A stretch of 64,000 nucleotides of DNA from the NCBI GenBank assembly GCA_965235115.1, contig OZ249436.1:49540001-49604000 (forward strand), written 5' to 3'. Position numbers and translations under genes: made by a program. Under the pieces are notes generated by a model. The model saw only the letters and a program-made list of their open reading frames with translations, was not told where the DNA came from and searched no databases. The stretch comes from Laetmonice hystrix. Taxonomy: Eukaryota. This document shows positions 58,501-64,000 of the stretch, in pieces; position 1 is the first letter of the stretch; the number at the start of each line of letters is the position of its first letter.

Positions 58501-58837
58501 CACCTCGTGTGTAGCCTATAATCAATTCTTGATAGCTGAACATAGTACGACTAAAATCAATGACGACCTCGACAACGGCCCAACTGGCGTCCGAGCGATG
58601 GCGACGCAGCCAGAGAACTCGGCAGCTATCTTGGTCGATTGAGAACGCTGTGCGTCCGCGCGGCGGCTCCAAAGCGCGCGCTTTTGGAAATACTCAACGT
58701 GACGTCACCACTACGCCACCTGGCGTAGACTGGCGATGTTTCCCGGCTCGAGGAAAAACATGTGGAAATCAGATCGTACGGACGCATTTTACTAGCGATC
58801 CTCGGGGGACAAGGGCATACGACCACTAGGCGTAACT

Positions 58838-59315
58838 ATGCATAGCTACCGATTTCGCTATATTGTTCTTGGATTGTTAATATACATTCAGAGTGCATTT
58901 TGTCAGGAAAGAACGTGTGGATACGAATTCAACGATGTTGCATCGCGCGTCTACAACGCGGATATAGTGTTCGAAGGCAAATTTCTCGGCAAATACGAGC
59001 ATGACGGAACGTCCAGCCGGTTCAATGCTTCATTTAGGGTCATCAAAGTTCACAAGGGAAGTTTACCGAAATCGGCCCAGGACTCACCAATGGGAAAATA
59101 TCGGCCAGTGATAGCAGGCGATTTCGGTCCAATAGATAAAGACGAATGTGTGACTCCCATACACAGAAACGCTTCCCTACATTCTCTAATTGTATTCCTC
59201 AAGAATAACACTAACCCGTCGGTGCCCATCTACCGTATCAGTGGATTCCCGGAGAAATCTTCCAAGAAAGCATTGAGAGCAATTCGTGGGATTCAATGTG
59301 GCAGCCAACGTTGTG
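58838..59315 (+). CDS. First coding exon of a secreted vein/neuregulin-like protein (signal peptide plus N-terminal NtA-like domain)
   Basis: Hydrophobic signal peptide YIVLGLLIYIQSAFC. The pattern C..DVASRVYNADIVFEGK...F.V.KV.KG...GDFG....EC...IVFL resembles the N-terminus of vein/type II neuregulins. TGT G|gtgagt is a phase-1 donor, as expected before an Ig exon. Agrin-NtA family alternatives are not excluded. Confidence 0.72.
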
Positions 59316-61489
59316 GTGAGTAGACGTGGCCCTCATCGTAATTCCAGAGTCGATCTGTTATCACAGCATGTGTGGGTTTATAGGAGGCGTGATGATATTG
59401 TGTGTAGCGTGGACACGGTTATCTCACTGAGGGAGGCTGGCGGTGGGAGGCGGCAGGCTGTGCCTGGCAGGACGGGCAGGCCGGGCAGGCGTCGATCAAT
59501 CGGCACACGGAGTGAAGGAAGCCGATGGCCGGTCACAGCGACAGGTGCTGCCGGCCAGGGCCCGGGTTCCCCTCAGCCTGCAGGTGGGCGTCAGGGTCAG
59601 CACTGGATGGGGCCGATCGTGGGGGTGACTGATTAGGCTGCGGTGTGGCCTATTGTAGCAAGCATACAGTAGGCGTGTGCCTTAGTAGGCCAAGTGTCCG
59701 TGGGACTGGTCCTGATCTATAGGCCTTGATGTCTGATCTTCCCATTACAGGCCTTATTGATTGTTAATGAGACCTATCCTCAGAACAAGGCAGTATGCCT
59801 AATAAATGGGGGTTGTCAGCTTATATATATATATATATATTCGTAACAGATATAGATTAGATGTCAACTTGAATCCATTTATACACAGCGCCCCCCCCCC
59901 CCCCCCCCCCACCACCACCACCACCACCACCCCCACACGCGACCTTTTTTAGGCCTTATCAAGATCCGGAAGGGATGGCACAACCACGGGACTACGAGTG
60001 TTTTCAGGCATGGCGCAAACGGGGAGCGGCGGGATTTTTGGGTCGAGCCTATGTGCTAATTCTGTTGTGTTGGGGACAAGGGAGAGGGCACATGCAGTAG
60101 GGGCGTCAGGAGGATCCCCGCCCGATAATGTGTTTCTCTGTGGCACGTGCGTGCACGTGCGTGCGCTGAGCCATATATAGGCTAAGGCAGGATGTGTACT
60201 TTGCGTCCCATCGATTTTTATGCTATAAATAGGCCAATGTGTAGATTTCTCCGCGCAATATATTATTTCAAAGGTTAACCCCCAGATTAACCCTGTTTGT
60301 TTTATCGAAAAGGGTTAAACATGGAGAGTTTCAGGTAAGAAGGAAAGTATGCAAACCTTATCTATTATTGAGTAGGCCTATGCTGTTCAGTTTGAAGTAG
60401 GCTCAAAATCATTATGGCAGTGGTTGCTACGATATATAAAAAAGTCGCATGGGATGGCTACTCATGTTAGTTCAAACGTTATCGACCGATCTACTATAGT
60501 ATCATTTCATTAATTTCTCCTGGTCCCACTACAGATCTCGGGACGATACAGACGCACGTAAATTAATCACAATCTTGGTTATATAACCTAGATAGCATGA
60601 AACCAATTTGTTTTTCAGTTCAAAAGAATCTTCCTAGCCCTTGGCTAATTCCCAGCATTGTTCCACAAGGTCAGCTCTAATGGTCCATGTAAACTCGACT
60701 GGTTTTTACTGAACCGTTGTACATGTATGATGTTTTTAGTGTGCCTTAAAGTTACACACTCTTCAGAATGGGACCACGGTAAATGAAGATGAAATCCACA
60801 CTTAACGGACCCAGTTTCCTGTAGGATTTCGCCGGAGGTCAGGGGCGGATACAGGATTTTGGTAAGGGGGGGGGGGGGTAAGGGGAAGAATTTTCTAGGG
60901 CGCGGGGGTGGGGGGTCAGCAAGGCCAATTCAGACATTTCTATGTCAAGGAAGGGGGTAATCCCCCCTAACCCGCCCTGGATCGGCCACTTTATGAGCCA
61001 AATCTCCGAGTGCAGTTTTCATGGGACCTAAAAAGGATTCATCTTTTTATTCAGTTGCTGATAGATTGGTTGGACGAGTAAATTACTATATCGTAATCGA
61101 ACCAACTATCACCGAGTTCAGATTAACTTGATCGGTAATGTAGAACGTCAGGTGTAGTAGGTGTTTTAATTTCAGATCAATATTGAGCCATTATTGGCAC
61201 CGTTTGACTGCAGGTATTGACAGTCTCTCAGAGCTGCAGTATTGATACTGTTGCACTGAACGACTTGTGAAGCACACATATCATCAATTATAGTTGATAA
61301 TACATTAATTATGTGTTTTATAAAGGTAGCCATGATTAGGGGTGGGACCCATCATCGTCCTTTGACCTCTGATCTCTGACTGTTCGTAAGAGGCAACGAA
61401 TGGGGCGAAGGGGGATGCAGAAAAGTGGTTGAGTGTCAAATCTTGTCAAATTGCAGAACCCTCCAAATGGCGCCGATTGCATACACCCT

Positions 61490-61630
61490 TCCATTGGCAT
61501 TGTTCTCATTGCCCAGTGCTCCGCAGCTGGGTTATCAAACGCCTCGGTGTATGGGTCCGTGTTTGTCCGCCTGGGCACATACAAGAACCCGAGCCATTTT
61601 TCGACAATGAGTAAAGAATTGCCCCCCGGG
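61490..61630 (+). mobile_element. SINE-like fragment
   Basis: ccagtgctccgcagctggg..aaacgcctcggtgtatg..gcacatacaagaaccc resembles, from memory, the conserved central domain of invertebrate MetaSINE-type elements. Not verified by search. Confidence 0.3.
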
Positions 61631-63390
61631 AGGGAATTTTATTCTCACGTCGTCCTCATCATGATCCCACTGGGGGTGCAATAGGTCCCTTGACTAAACA
61701 CTCTTAAAAGTTTGATTTTCACCCTGAAGAAATACTGCGGATAGGGCATATCCCATCAATTCGCTCACTCACTATAATATGCATTGTACCGGGGTGAAGC
61801 TATCGTAGAGACAGAGATGGTGAACCATGAATAAAGGTGATAAATATGTTATGCAAGTCATGATCAGGTCTGTTCACTGTGGACACTTAGCCCTATAACA
61901 TCATTGACTCGGCCCAGACGTCGCCAACCGTTTGGACTTGGACTGTTCCCGGTCCCCAGTGCAGACACGCACCTGTAGATCACCCAGGTCACCAGGCAGG
62001 GTCTGTACACAGGTTCCCGTGAACTATATGGATGGTAAATATAACTGTTGGGTCGGGAAAAACGTCCTGCTGGACTTGCAGGCCTGCAAGACCCACCTGC
62101 ACTGGGAGATCAATACTGGCGCGGTTCACTGCCATTGATTTCCGGGCAAACCTATCACTTATTTATTAATGCAGCTCAGCCTTCCTCAATTCCCCGAGGA
62201 ATGATTATCTTCGTTCCATCACGCGTCAGACCTTGTATCTTCCGTATTTGTAGCAACACTACCGGCCCTTGATCCCTCTGAGGTAACCTGAATCACAGGG
62301 GTGGGAATCAAGCAGGCAGGGTGTCACAACATGAATGATACCCACTGACTTATGTCATGTGGAGATCCATAACCGAAATATTGAACTTTCAAAACGTAAT
62401 TCGGAAATCTATCATGCCACATTTCGTAAGGTACTTTTAGATCTTATTTTCATTGTTTATATCCAGATATATTATCACAACAGAGACGTCCTCGATTACT
62501 ACCATGAGCTTTTCTTATCCGATCTCTCATCCGATCTTTTAGATAAGATAGTGAAATATTTTTTGAAGAATTGTAGGTGAAAATATGCATAATTCTGGCG
62601 TATTGTGACTGGAAAGATTTTTTGATGGATTTTTAAAAAAAATTATCGGATGGGAAATCGAATGAAGATTGGGACAGCGGACGCCCGCCTTTAGTCATAA
62701 ATACAAGAACGGTTAAGTTATCAATGTTGAGAAGATAGCGATAAAGACTCCGGAGAGCTGGTCCTGTCCAAAGCTGTCGTCGACAACAAAGTCACTTATT
62801 GGAATCCTAATAATTATAACCTTATCAGTGCCGCGGCAAATTCTTGTTACAGTTTTCTTTTCCTTTTTATTAAATTTATTAGCAACGATCGATGTCCCTG
62901 AAGCAAGACCAACTTTTTCCACCATTTAACAAACCGGGAATGAGCAGCGTGCCTCTTCCACCGGCCAGGATTGAAGACGATTTCAATAAGCGAATGTCAC
63001 CCGAATCCAATAGCTGCTGATGTCCATTGCATGCAGCATTCTCATTAGAATCAACTGATCTTAGGTACTAACCCTGTAGCCACTACTGGTGTCCTTCCCG
63101 GTTCTACTTTACATTGTATCTCACCTTCTGTGACCATAACACATTACGTCTTTTTGATAGAAAACTACAATTTATCTTGGTATGTTTTTACCGTCTGCCC
63201 AATCTATAAGCATGGCGGTTTCATACGTGCCAGTACGGTTGCTTGAATTGCTTTCTAGGCTGTTAAACACCAAATTGGTTCGAGTCAGTCGTATAATGTA
63301 TCAACGTTTGTCTCAATGAAAGCAACAACCACTACTAAGAAGTTGCAGAAACAATTGCCTTATAATTATGCGTCTCGAAGAGAAACAATG

Positions 63391-63468
63391 AGGCAGCCAG
63401 GCTAGCTGTCTGGCAGGCAGGCAGGCAGGCAGGCGGCCAGGCAGCCAGGCAAAGAAGGCAGGCGAAGT

Positions 63469-63502
<34 letters not shown>

Positions 63503-63575
63503 CCAACCAGCCAGGCAGGCAGGCAGTCAACCAGCCAGCCAAGCAGGCAGGCTGGCAGGCAGGCAGCCAACCAGC

Positions 63576-63639
<64 letters not shown>

Positions 63640-63689
63640 TAGCCAACCAGCCAGGCAGGCAGGTAGCCAGGCAAAGGAGGCAGCCAGGC
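63391..63689. repeat. (GGCA)n microsatellite
   Basis: Imperfect tetranucleotide run; explains the LPAC ORFs. Confidence 0.93.
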
Positions 63690-63809
63690 GACGGGGACTG
63701 ACTGCAGCATGCGCCGAACCAAGCACAAGAGGCGACGGCAACAGTCGTCGACATCATGGCAGTCACATTCTGGCTGGAACGTCGACATTAGAGCAGGTGC
63801 CTCATCATG

Positions 63810-64000
63810 CAGCCCCCTCCTGTACCAGCCAGGGTGGACTCACACAGCAGCCCCCTCCCCTCCTGTACCAGCCAGGGTGGACTCACACAGCAGCTCCCCT
63901 CCCCCTCCTGTACCAGCTAGGGTGGACTCACACAGCAGCTCCCCTCCCCCGCCTGTACCAGCCAGGGTGAACTCACACAGCAGCCCCCCTCCTGTACCAG
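63810..64000. repeat. About 45-bp minisatellite running off the window end
   Basis: cagccccctcctgtaccagccagggtggactcacacag, at least 4 copies. Confidence 0.9.

Noticed and set aside
63313..63788. LPAC-repeat ORFs
   Set aside because: Translations of the (GGCA)n microsatellite.

Overview
This is eukaryotic (animal, probably marine invertebrate bilaterian) genomic DNA. I see no prokaryotic operons, rRNA, tRNA or CRISPR arrays. The window is dominated by one minus-strand multi-exon gene encoding CHTF18 (Ctf18, the AAA+ large subunit of the alternative RFC clamp loader). I could hand-splice 24 exons from 50843 down to 1029 (about 949 codons) with consistent phases; the final exon is probably off the left edge. 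The intron before the last recovered exon is about 32.5 kb (1117-33590). It holds a dozen unrelated minisatellite arrays, MITEs, CTCF-like motifs and enhancer-looking unique DNA. About 8 kb upstream, head-to-head, is the first coding exon (58838-59315, +) of a secreted vein/neuregulin-like protein. The most striking observation is that three separate tandem arrays inside CHTF18 are amplified copies of its own exon-intron junctions: about 20 donor copies, about 33 branch/acceptor copies and 3 donor copies. There is also a GC-AG intron and several MITEs with 3-, 4-, 5- and 6-bp target duplications. Most ORFs in the supplied track are artefacts of repeats.
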